IMG/VR virus record: IMGVR_UViG_3300024270_000054
Source of the DNA: a virus
Lineage: Duplodnaviria > Heunggongvirae > Uroviricota > Caudoviricetes
DNA: 14,208 nucleotides
Reading direction: 5' to 3' (one strand)
Shown: positions 5,767 to 14,170 of the stretch, one piece after another
Position numbering within the stretch: the first letter of the stretch is position 1
Layout of the letters: each line of letters starts with the position of its first letter
The notes under the pieces: generated by a model
Told to the model about the DNA's origin: nothing
Databases searched by the model: none
The model's input: only the letters and a program-made list of their open reading frames with translations
Made by a program: the position numbers and the translations under genes

Positions 5767-7203
5767 TTAGACACAGAAGGCCGGCGCCACGCCAAAGCAA
5801 CCGGTCGCGCCGGTAGCGGACGCACTGCCGGCGGTGTTCACAAGGCAGAAATAGGACGAGTAGGTCGCACGCGTCGAACGCAGCCACCACGGAGCGGTCG
5901 ATGTATTCGCGCTGTGTCGATAGAACACTCTGCTGTTACCATTTGCGTAGTACGCATATCTCTGCTGATAGTTTTGTTCTGCGCTGTTTGCATAAGTTCT
6001 AGCACCTTGTACTTCCCATTCGGAAAGCAGCCAGAGATAATCGGTCGTCGCCGTTACATAGGAAGCAGTATCCTTACCGCCGCCTGTATTGTCGGAATAC
6101 TTGGTGCATCCACGCATGACGCCACGCAGTTCTACGGGGAGTGCGGCCAGCAGGCTTCCTTCAAGCGGTTCAGATGGGAGATAATTGCTGCCCAGAAGGA
6201 CAGTGCGCATCTTACTTGCATTCCATCCGCCGCTATTGGAGTTGGTGTAGTTCATATTGAAGTAACCAGCCGTGTTGCTGACGGAAGAATTGTATTTGGA
6301 GTCGATCAGGCACAGATTCTTACCGGAAGTCTGCGCAGACTTGCCGATCTGGAAGTGAATTGTTCCCTCACCCTCATAGGTCGGATTATGATCAAAACCA
6401 AGGATGAACGCCCAGATGGACAGATTATCAAATGTCGTCAGGCCAACAGTTCCGTTGATGATAATCTCCTTCGTATCGCCGACTGCAAAATAGTTCGCAG
6501 CAAGACTGGAAGCGGACAGAACGGAAATGGTTGTCCAGTCGTTGTCGTTGAGAACGGGCTGAACCTCACCATTGAAGATTTCAATATACTTTGCTTTGTG
6601 CGTCTGAACGCCAGCATTGTACGTCCATTCCTGACCGTCAATCTCGCAGCTCACAGTCCACGTGCCGCGCTCATAAACGGTGAAATAATGTGCGCCCGTG
6701 CCTGTAGATGTGTAGGTCTTCGTGCCATTGGTACACGTAACCGTGGTGGAAACGTCGCCCATCACGTAGCAGCCAACGGTCGCTTCAAAGAAGATGAGCT
6801 TCACGTTGTCAGCGCCCTTCAGGTTGCCCGTACCCTCGTCTGCAACACGATCTCCGCTTGTACCGTTTACCGTCCAAGTGCCGTCGCTTGGCACGCTCAG
6901 GAATACTTCGCCATTTGACAGTGTACCCGTCACGGTATCCGTACCGTTCGTCGCGGTAACAGAGCCAGTCTGAAGGTTAGAGGAAACAGACAGCAGCAGG
7001 CTATCCGTGTGATGCGGCCTTGTGCCTGTTACGCCAAAAATCTGTACGCCGTCAGCGATGTTGCTTGGGATGAAGTCTTCGTCGCCAGCTTCAAGGATGG
7101 CGTTCATCTCTACCGGCGTCATTTCATCCGTTGTGCCAGTCAGCTTCCTCATGCCGTCCGCCCATGCGGTCAGGGTATCTTTCTGAATCAGATAAGCATC
7201 CAT
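5767..7203 (-). CDS. DGR target: tail-fibre/receptor-binding protein with C-terminal DUF6273 (CLec-like) domain, 478 aa
   Basis: N-terminal YLIQKDTLTAWADGMR and PSNIADGVQIFGVTGT fibre motifs. Two tandem beta-sandwich repeats (VTATNGT..GTWTV, VTCTNGT..GTWTV). Then ILGFDHN..GGWNASKMR..LWLLSEWEV..WWLRS..GVAPAFCV. VR lies at the extreme C-terminus. Confidence 0.92.
   Translation of the reverse strand: MDAYLIQKDTLTAWADGMRKLTGTTDEMTPVEMNAILEAGDEDFIPSNIADGVQIFGVTGTRPHHTDSLLLSVSSNLQTGSVTATNGTDTVTGTLSNGEVFLSVPSDGTWTVNGTSGDRVADEGTGNLKGADNVKLIFFEATVGCYVMGDVSTTVTCTNGTKTYTSTGTGAHYFTVYERGTWTVSCEIDGQEWTYNAGVQTHKAKYIEIFNGEVQPVLNDNDWTTISVLSASSLAANYFAVGDTKEIIINGTVGLTTFDNLSIWAFILGFDHNPTYEGEGTIHFQIGKSAQTSGKNLCLIDSKYNSSVSNTAGYFNMNYTNSNSGGWNASKMRTVLLGSNYLPSEPLEGSLLAALPVELRGVMRGCTKYSDNTGGGKDTASYVTATTDYLWLLSEWEVQGARTYANSAEQNYQQRYAYYANGNSRVFYRHSANTSTAPWWLRSTRATYSSYFCLVNTAGSASATGATGCFGVAPAFCV
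5778..5898 (-). repeat. DGR variable repeat (VR)
   Basis: Encodes TAPWWLRSTRATYSSYFCLVNTAGSASATGATGCFGVAPA. 28 mismatches to TR over 121 nt, 27 of them at TR adenines. Confidence 0.97.
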
Positions 7204-7781
7204 CAGAAGCTCACCTCCTCAGCATTTTCAAGCGCCTGCGCAGCCCACGCGCCGGAGCTGTTCACGCACAGGAACTTGCCTGCGTCGCTTGCGGTAACGC
7301 TTGGCAGCAGTTTTGCGCGGATGTCGCTGTGCGCACTGGTATTTGTGTTGTGCGCGGAAACAGCAGAAGATGCCGTGCCGGATGCATCAGCGCCGACTTC
7401 ACTTGCTGTATAGCTCGGCTTGCTCGCCGCTTTCGCCCAAGATGGAACGGTCGGGTCGGTTTCCGTGTGCCCCGTAATAAACCCGCTGTCGTTTGTAAGC
7501 TGGCTCGTTTTGCTTGGAATCGTCGGCAGGTTTTTAAGATCGCTGTATTCGCCGCTCAGTGCAACCTCGGCAAGAGCCGCCATTACAGCGTCATCGCAGA
7601 ACGGAAGCGCATTCACGTTCTTTGTTCCGTCGCCGATCTTCATACGCTCGTAGTCGTAATCGGCATCGATATCATAGATGATCACTTCGCCCTTGAGCGG
7701 CGTGAAGTTCGTGGCCTTTGCCCAGTTTGCAGCGGTGTCATGCTTGCAGACCAAGCGGCCATAGATTCGTTTTTCACTCAT
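7203..7781 (-). CDS. Tail-fibre protein with Mtd_N/hyaluronidase-N-like N-terminal domain (192 aa)
   Basis: RLVCKHDTAANW..PLKGEVIIY..KIGDGTKNVNALPF, then shaft motifs SGEYSDLKNLP, TSQLTNDSGFIT, ETDPTVPSWAK and AHNTNTSAHSDIR. TGATG coupling to the DGR target. Confidence 0.8.
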   Translation of the reverse strand: MSEKRIYGRLVCKHDTAANWAKATNFTPLKGEVIIYDIDADYDYERMKIGDGTKNVNALPFCDDAVMAALAEVALSGEYSDLKNLPTIPSKTSQLTNDSGFITGHTETDPTVPSWAKAASKPSYTASEVGADASGTASSAVSAHNTNTSAHSDIRAKLLPSVTASDAGKFLCVNSSGAWAAQALENAEEVSF

Positions 7782-7825
7782 AGAATATACTCTCCTGTAA
7801 ATCTTTCTTTTTCAAAACTGAGGAG

Positions 7826-7857
7826 AAAAGCGTGCCGTCATTTCAGGCACTTCTTTT
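7826..7857. terminator. Weak hairpin flanked by A/T tracts
   Basis: gtgcc-gtcatttca-ggcac (7832-7850), with gaaaag on the left and ttcttttt on the right. Confidence 0.3.
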
Positions 7858-7862
7858 TCACA

Positions 7863-7896
7863 TAGAGAAAGAGGAGGGAGGATAAGACCCCTCCTC
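7863..7896 (-). terminator. Intrinsic terminator-like hairpin after the 114-aa gene
   Basis: Minus strand GAGGAGGG-GTCTTATCCT-CCCTCCTC then TTTCT. Confidence 0.55.
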
Positions 7897-7917
7897 CTGT
7901 GCGATAAAATTGGTCTT

Positions 7918-8262
7918 TTACTGAAGCTTCAAAAGGATCGCTTCAAGCATGGTTTTCATGGACGCCATCTCATTGCGCAGACTCACGTTTTCCTGCTGCG
8001 CGATGGCGAATTCCGTTGACAGCCTGCCAAACTCCTCTTCGGAAATCTTGATCACTTCAACGGATTTAAGCTCGGTGTCAAACGTATACGGCCTGCCGAC
8101 AAGGTGATAGACAGTGTTGTGATCGCTGCCCATCACGCCGTTGGCACTCTGGCTGTCCGTCTTGATCATTCGCTTTTGCTTCGGAAGATACCTGACCCAC
8201 TGAACATCGGTCAGCAGGTCAAGCAGCATATTGTTGTGTAGCACCTTGTAAAACATGTTCAT
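7918..8262 (-). CDS. Phage hypothetical protein with C-terminal coiled coil (114 aa); possible fibre assembly factor
   Basis: GAGGTGA RBS, 15 nt after the giant gene stop. C-terminal heptad-like QQENVSLRNEMASMKTMLEAILLKLQ. Confidence 0.75.
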   Translation of the reverse strand: MNMFYKVLHNNMLLDLLTDVQWVRYLPKQKRMIKTDSQSANGVMGSDHNTVYHLVGRPYTFDTELKSVEVIKISEEEFGRLSTEFAIAQQENVSLRNEMASMKTMLEAILLKLQ

Positions 8263-8277
8263 TCACCTCATTACGCA

Positions 8278-11200
8278 TCAGATACAGAATCCAAAGGCGA
8301 TGCCAAGGTTCTGAGCAGACGCGCCAATGTTGCTCGGATCGCCCATAGAACCGATGTACCTATAATAGTGCATCATTTCAAGTCCCGTTGAGCGCGTCCA
8401 GTAGCTCTTCAGTCCGCCGCCTGCATTCTGCTTCTTGCGGCTTTCTGCGTTGGTGTATACTGGATACGGTTCACCCTGTCCAACCATAACGGAGTTGGCA
8501 ACTTCCGCATTCAGCTCTCGGTCGGATGGGAGCCACAGCGTATCCGTGGTTTCGTTAAGCGCCTTGTCATAGAAGCCAAGGTCGCTGACCTTGATGACGG
8601 GCTTAATCACCTGCTGCAGTTCCGCTGGCATTGCGGCAAACAGCGTCTCCTGCATCCATGTGCGAAGGTCTGCGCTTCCCCAGCCGCCGACGTTCAGCGC
8701 CTTGGAACCCGTAGCCTCAGAGACATGCTGCGTCTGGTTCATGATGCGTGCCGTGTTGCCCATGATCTTGCAGATAAACGTCAGCGCAGCGGTATCTTTG
8801 CCGCCGTTGTAGCTGTCGCTCACGGTCGCCAGCTTGTCGTGGTTGTGACCGACAATTTCCATCTCAACTTTGTTTTCAACGCCGCCCACGGTGTAAGTCA
8901 TTACCTTGCGTCCGCCAAGGCCGTATGCGCTCACATCGCCGTTTTGCGCAGCCGCCGCAATGGTCGCCCAATCATCGTTAATGTAGCCGTCAAAGGCAAA
9001 CTGCGCATAGTAATACGTAATGCCCGTGATCGGCACGTCGGGGGATGGAGACCAGCCGGAGAATTCATGATACGGAGAAGCGGTTTCACCGATCATCTTG
9101 TAAATCTGCGTCGTGTCGCCTACAAACACCGGGCATTCTCCGTAGAATGTCATGCACTCCTGCTCAAGCTTGTTATCGTTGTAGAAATAGCACTTGTAGC
9201 TGCGCAGAATCTCTTCAAATACCGGCTTGAGGACAAGCGGGGTAGTGACAACGCTGAAATCGCGATCCCACTTGGTATACTCGTAGGTATATTGAGCAGT
9301 CTCCTTCTTCGTCGGCTTTGCCATCGTTCCAGCAAGAATCGGGTCGGTAGCCGCATTTCCTTCGACAATCCATTGAGACTCAGCAATCTCGCCGTCATTG
9401 TCACAGAAATCAACGCGATATGTACCGGTGTACTTGGCGACAATGTGATACGGCTTGGTGACACTTGACGGCATCTCAGACCAACCGGCATACACATACG
9501 TTGCCGTCTCCGTATCCGGACGAACAGGCTGCGTAATGTGACCAGCGGTAATCGGGTTAATCGCCGCATCGCCCTCATTACAGATGTAGCGATACAGAAG
9601 CTTGTTGTCGTAGTTCACATAGCGAACAAAGAACTTCGCTGTGCCTCCGGCAACGACAACCAAAGCGGGGAATACGTCGTTGATCTCTTCAAGCAGCGCA
9701 TCGGAAATGCTGTCCACATATACACGTCCTTCGACCACGGCGAGATCCGTGTTGTTGCCGATAGCGTCCATACCGATGCATTCCTTGAGCTTTTCATACG
9801 TTGTGCGCAGTGTTTCTTCGCTTGTCGCGTTCCATTCAACGCCGGACAGACGTACGCGGTCGAGGAGAGGTGCGTTGCATACAATGCTCTCAATGTCAAT
9901 TCCCGGCGTATTCTCAATGCGAAGCGTCGTCAGGTTATCGACACCTTCAAGCACGACGGTTTCAAGATTCTTCTGGTTCTGGATCGTCAGGTTCGCCAGC
10001 GTCGCCGGAAGCTCGATGCGCTTGAGGTGTCCGCCGTTTGGCAGGCTGATGCCCGTCAGCTTCGTTCCTTTTGCCAGAATGGTTTCAAGGCCGTGGCATC
10101 CAGAGGCGTCGATTGTCGTCAGCTTTTCGCTTGTACAGTTCTGGATGTTGATCAGCGTCAGCAGTTCGTTGTTGCCGACATCAAGGGAATAGAGGTTCGG
10201 ATTTTCATATCCTTCTGCATCGGAGCCAAGAATGATTTCCTGAAGCTTTGTTGCAGAGGAGAAGACGGCGAGACCTACCATGAGATGAGAAAGGTCGCCA
10301 ACGGAAGCGATGCGGTCTGCGGAATAGATGTAGACTTCAGTATCGTTCATCTGATCCAGCGGACATTCCATCGTGTAGGTTTCGTTGCGGTATCCTCTGT
10401 TGGTTACGGTCGCGCTGCCGAACTTGATGCGCGGCCAGATGTGGCTGTATGGGGTAACATCGATATTGCCCGTATCATAGCAGCGCAGGGTGATGTAGTT
10501 GGTATTTGCTTCACCCGCCTGATGTTTGCTATCGCGGAACTTAAAGCCATTGAAGAGCCAGAAATCACGCTGCGCATCCTTGTCGCCCTGAAGCATTTCG
10601 AGGTAGTTTTCGCCTTTGACAAGGAACGGCTCAAGCCACTTCTTGTAGGCATCCTCGTTCCAGATTGCCTGCGGCCAAGTCTGCTGATGGTTGCGCATCT
10701 TGTCGCGGATCGTTTCATAACTCAGCGTTCCGGCATTACGAAGGGTCTGATACATTTCGGTGATTTCGTTCTTAAACGCATCGCGCACGTTGCACCAAAG
10801 AGCGCTGTGCTGTCCGTTGAAGACGTCTTCACCATTCACGGTATCTGTGTCTTCGAGGTTGTAGTCAAAGACAAGCTGTCCTTCGTTGTTGATACCAATT
10901 GCGGTATCCCAGTCGTAGGGGATAGGGAACCAGTGCTGACCGTCGAATGTGGTCAGGAACATGTTCTTCGCGCGGTTGTCAACCATCAGGAAGATTTCTG
11001 TGAAAAGGTAGTAGAACACGCAGGCGTCCTTGATCAGATACTGATCGAATTCATCCTTGAACTTCGCAAGACGCGCGGCCTTTTCTTCTTCGCTGTCCAC
11101 CAGCTCGCGGTTGCATTCAACCAGCCAATCGGTCAGGCGCTTAAACTGCGCGTAATCGCGGTACGGGTCGTCGAGGTCGGGGAAGCGTGCTTCAAAGTCG

Positions 11201-14118
11201 TCCGTCCAAGCCGGATATTCTTCACCCTTTTCGTCAATCGCCATCTGCTCGAATTCAGATTCCTTGAAGATCACGCGGTTGCTCGTATTGTTGCAGAATT
11301 CCCAGCATTCGCAGTTTGGATATACGTCGCGGTCAAAGCCGAATACGTTTTCGTTGCTCTTGTCGTCATTGAAATTGTACTTGGCGATGAACGTCACTTC
11401 GCCAGTGTTCGTATTCTGCCAGAATACGCAGCACGGGAAACCACGAACACCCTGACGCACACGATCATCAAGCTCCTGCGGCGGCGTCTTGTATGGGCAG
11501 TTCTGCTCGTAGTAGTCAACCAGCATAACGTTGTTCGCGCTCTCGCTGGAAGCGAAGTCTGCCTTCAGACAGATCGTCTCTCCCGGAAGACCGCCCTCAA
11601 AAATCGGGAACCCGTCTGTACTTTCTCCGGAGTTGGTATAAATCAGTCCGCTCTTGAGCGATACCTTATAGTTCTTCACCGGATACCCAGCAGAAGACGT
11701 GCCCTGAACGTCAAGCTGAACGCCGCTCGCAGTAAAGCTTCTTTCTGGATTCATCTGATCCACGAACGTCACAGATTTATTCTTTTTCTTGTCACCCTTA
11801 AACTGCGGAAGCTCCTCACACTCGATAATCATATAGGGGATGTTCATCGGAAGAGCACCAACCGTCACGTTCTTGTTTTCATCAAGGACGTCGTTGCGCT
11901 CATGCAGCGCCTTGCGCTCCGCCAGCGTAGAACGGTCGCAGATATAGTTATTGAGCTGTTCGTGACGGGTCAGACCCTTGTTGTAAATGCGCAGCACATA
12001 CAGGTCAAGACCGCAGCTCTCCGCACCAATAGTGATACCGACCGGGTTGCTCTGTGCAAAGTTGTCCGTGTCGGTGTACTGCGTCACGCCGCACATCACG
12101 CCGTTGATGTACACATACACAAAGCGGGAAAGGCTCTTCTGCTCAACGACAAACGTAATGCGTACCTTACTGTCTTCCTTAAACTGAACGGATACGCTGG
12201 ACTGCTCGGAGGAGAGCATCGCCTGTTGGCTCTTGATCATAAAGCCACGTCCACCGTTATAGGAAGTTGCCACGATAGAATCGTAGTCGCGCACGTTATG
12301 CGTCGCAAATTCTGCTTCAATGGTGTAACCGCTGGTGCGGAAGTCCTTTTCAAACGGCTTGTACGGAATAGTCATGAAGTCGTCTGGCAGGAAACGAAGC
12401 ACGGTATGTCCGTCCTTGTCTTCTACCCATCCGTCAGCGCCAGCCCAGCCAAATCCGCTGAATTCCGCTTCAATGTCGCCCTGAACCCAGCTATCCGGAT
12501 TGGCTTCGGAATTGCTGCGCCCAGCAGCAGTGAATTCAAGTGTCATGCTGTCCGTCAGAATCGTGCGGTCAAAGCTTGATTCGGACACCTGAACAACGAT
12601 GCTTTCCTTGGCATTGCCGCAGGAAATCTCAAATGTCGTTGCGCCGACAGGATAATCCTGTGTCACCCAAGTCTTTGGCGTTTGATCAATTTGAATTGTC
12701 TTTTCGCTGTATACAATACTGCCCTCGCGCAGAATCTTGAGCGTTACGTCCATGTTCTGTGAGAACGGATCATAGCACATGTAAGGGATAGTCAGCGTTT
12801 CTCCCTGTTGGATGCTTCCGCCGTCATGGTTAATCAGAACGGCCTGATCTGTCATCGTAGAAGAGTAGTACATCATGCCAATTCTCAAACGATTGGATTG
12901 AATGGTCAGCCCATCCGTCGTTACCTCAGCGTACATTTCAAAGATGTGTCCGCCGTCATATTGTGCGGGAATCGTATATGTACGACTTGAGTCAACAGCA
13001 GAAACGCTTTCTGTGCCAAGCTCATAACCGTCCATAATAAAATGAACTGTCTTCACACCTTGACCAGTCAGAACATAGGGGAGATAGACCGTTCCGGTAT
13101 ACAGATCCATATCGGCAGCGGTCGTGGTGATCGCCAGCGCAATAACGGTAACTTCGTATACCAGCGTCTTGCTCGTTCCCTCAGAGTTTTCAACGGTCAG
13201 CCTTACGTTATTAAGGCCATTGGAAAGATGGTTGGTGATGTCAATGGAGCTGCGTCCCTGTGCCACAGAAATAGATGCTTTCTTGACAGAGTTGACGGTA
13301 ATCGTACCAATACCGGCTCCATCGTCGATACCTTCGCTGTCGGTAGAAATATACTGAACATCCAGCACAACGTTTTCACCTTGAGCAACGGAAATGATAC
13401 GACTGTCCAGCATGTTTGTCAGCGTAACTGCATACATGCCGTCAGATCCCGTTCCGCCACCGCCGCCAGTGATCGTCACCGGATCGCCAACAGTCTCGCC
13501 TCCGCTTGTCAGCCATAGCTGGCTGTTTTCATATTTAAGACCGTCAACCATCTCGCCGACAAGGAAATCGCCAAGATTGTCTTTCAGGTCTGAAACTTCT
13601 TCGCCGATTGCGCGTACAGCGTCACCGGCAGTTGGATATGTCGTCCCGTCATGACCTGTGCGGATGTCAATCAGCTCAACATTGTCAGCAGGCGTACTTC
13701 CTTCAATCAGGGACTGTAAACGAGCTTCAAGCAGCGCAATATCGTCTTCAAGCTCAATTGTTTTCGTGTCAATCAGGTCTGCATTGGCGTTCAGGATTGC
13801 AACGTCAATCACGTCAGTATAGGCGGGCTTGGTCAGCATAAGCCTTTCCGTCGTTCCTGCGGCATCTCCCTCAGTCTTTCCGGAAATCCCGCCCCAAGTC
13901 TGAGCGGCGCTTTGTGCAGCGCTTCCGGCAGTCACATAAGCAAGGTCTTTCCAAGGAGTTTCGCCGTCGCCCACCTTTACTTTGGTCATATCAGAAGCAA
14001 ACTCAACGCCAATTTCGCCCCTCATCAGAACGACGGTTTCTTCAACCGCAGCCCAGTTCGCACTCGTGTCATTTCGCACAATAATGCGAGTGGCTAATTC
14101 ATTGATATTCATCGGCAT
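8278..14118 (-). CDS. Giant multidomain virion/adhesin protein (1946 aa): Mtd_N-like, Ig-like stalk, LamG-like, CotH-kinase-like, LRR, 3x InlB-B-like repeats, C-terminal DUF6273/CLec-like
   Basis: AAGGAG RBS. RNDTSANW..GEIGVE..KVGDGETPWKDLAY (about 14090-13932). LamG-like VYVYING..ITIG..LRIYNKGLT (about 12535-11970). LKADF..E, VDNRAKN and IPYDWDT (about 11800-10800). LRR-like run (about 10310-9820). Three repeats (9633-8998). IVGHNHD..GGWGSADLR..LWLPSDREL..YWTRS..GIAFGFCI (8986-8281). Confidence 0.9.
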   Translation of the reverse strand: MPMNINELATRIIVRNDTSANWAAVEETVVLMRGEIGVEFASDMTKVKVGDGETPWKDLAYVTAGSAAQSAAQTWGGISGKTEGDAAGTTERLMLTKPAYTDVIDVAILNANADLIDTKTIELEDDIALLEARLQSLIEGSTPADNVELIDIRTGHDGTTYPTAGDAVRAIGEEVSDLKDNLGDFLVGEMVDGLKYENSQLWLTSGGETVGDPVTITGGGGGTGSDGMYAVTLTNMLDSRIISVAQGENVVLDVQYISTDSEGIDDGAGIGTITVNSVKKASISVAQGRSSIDITNHLSNGLNNVRLTVENSEGTSKTLVYEVTVIALAITTTAADMDLYTGTVYLPYVLTGQGVKTVHFIMDGYELGTESVSAVDSSRTYTIPAQYDGGHIFEMYAEVTTDGLTIQSNRLRIGMMYYSSTMTDQAVLINHDGGSIQQGETLTIPYMCYDPFSQNMDVTLKILREGSIVYSEKTIQIDQTPKTWVTQDYPVGATTFEISCGNAKESIVVQVSESSFDRTILTDSMTLEFTAAGRSNSEANPDSWVQGDIEAEFSGFGWAGADGWVEDKDGHTVLRFLPDDFMTIPYKPFEKDFRTSGYTIEAEFATHNVRDYDSIVATSYNGGRGFMIKSQQAMLSSEQSSVSVQFKEDSKVRITFVVEQKSLSRFVYVYINGVMCGVTQYTDTDNFAQSNPVGITIGAESCGLDLYVLRIYNKGLTRHEQLNNYICDRSTLAERKALHERNDVLDENKNVTVGALPMNIPYMIIECEELPQFKGDKKKNKSVTFVDQMNPERSFTASGVQLDVQGTSSAGYPVKNYKVSLKSGLIYTNSGESTDGFPIFEGGLPGETICLKADFASSESANNVMLVDYYEQNCPYKTPPQELDDRVRQGVRGFPCCVFWQNTNTGEVTFIAKYNFNDDKSNENVFGFDRDVYPNCECWEFCNNTSNRVIFKESEFEQMAIDEKGEEYPAWTDDFEARFPDLDDPYRDYAQFKRLTDWLVECNRELVDSEEEKAARLAKFKDEFDQYLIKDACVFYYLFTEIFLMVDNRAKNMFLTTFDGQHWFPIPYDWDTAIGINNEGQLVFDYNLEDTDTVNGEDVFNGQHSALWCNVRDAFKNEITEMYQTLRNAGTLSYETIRDKMRNHQQTWPQAIWNEDAYKKWLEPFLVKGENYLEMLQGDKDAQRDFWLFNGFKFRDSKHQAGEANTNYITLRCYDTGNIDVTPYSHIWPRIKFGSATVTNRGYRNETYTMECPLDQMNDTEVYIYSADRIASVGDLSHLMVGLAVFSSATKLQEIILGSDAEGYENPNLYSLDVGNNELLTLINIQNCTSEKLTTIDASGCHGLETILAKGTKLTGISLPNGGHLKRIELPATLANLTIQNQKNLETVVLEGVDNLTTLRIENTPGIDIESIVCNAPLLDRVRLSGVEWNATSEETLRTTYEKLKECIGMDAIGNNTDLAVVEGRVYVDSISDALLEEINDVFPALVVVAGGTAKFFVRYVNYDNKLLYRYICNEGDAAINPITAGHITQPVRPDTETATYVYAGWSEMPSSVTKPYHIVAKYTGTYRVDFCDNDGEIAESQWIVEGNAATDPILAGTMAKPTKKETAQYTYEYTKWDRDFSVVTTPLVLKPVFEEILRSYKCYFYNDNKLEQECMTFYGECPVFVGDTTQIYKMIGETASPYHEFSGWSPSPDVPITGITYYYAQFAFDGYINDDWATIAAAAQNGDVSAYGLGGRKVMTYTVGGVENKVEMEIVGHNHDKLATVSDSYNGGKDTAALTFICKIMGNTARIMNQTQHVSEATGSKALNVGGWGSADLRTWMQETLFAAMPAELQQVIKPVIKVSDLGFYDKALNETTDTLWLPSDRELNAEVANSVMVGQGEPYPVYTNAESRKKQNAGGGLKSYWTRSTGLEMMHYYRYIGSMGDPSNIGASAQNLGIAFGFCI

Positions 14119-14134
14119 TGCTCCTTTTACAATG

Positions 14135-14170
14135 AAAAAATAGGCCGACCGGCATTACTACCGATCGGCC
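14135..14170 (-). terminator. Intrinsic terminator immediately upstream of the giant gene
   Basis: Minus strand GGCCGATCGG-TAGTAATG-CCGGTCGGCC (10 bp, one G-U) then TATTTTTT. Confidence 0.75.

Larger units (their letters stand above)
3442..5898 (-). mobile_element. Diversity-generating retroelement (VR - hairpin - avd - TR - spacer - RT)
   Basis: All canonical components are present in BPP-1 order, with adenine-specific TR/VR divergence. Confidence 0.97.

Noticed and set aside
8281-8410. Giant protein C-terminus as a second active VR of this TR
   Set aside because: Many non-adenine mismatches, a one-codon length difference and no downstream hairpin. Kept only as an orphan paralogous domain.
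9538-12579. 1013-aa plus-strand ORF (also 5914-6918, 8725-9468, 7131-7865, 2293-3099, 750-1340 and other + ORFs)
   Set aside because: These are antisense shadows of the real minus-strand genes. 9538-12579 and 5914-6918 are in exact codon register with the sense gene, so their openness follows from avoidance of TTA/CTA/TCA codons. No recognisable motifs.
13450-13475. ccgccaccgccgcc tract as a phase-variable repeat
   Set aside because: It encodes an ordinary Gly-rich hinge (TGGGGGTG) with mixed codons, not a homopolymer or perfect SSR.
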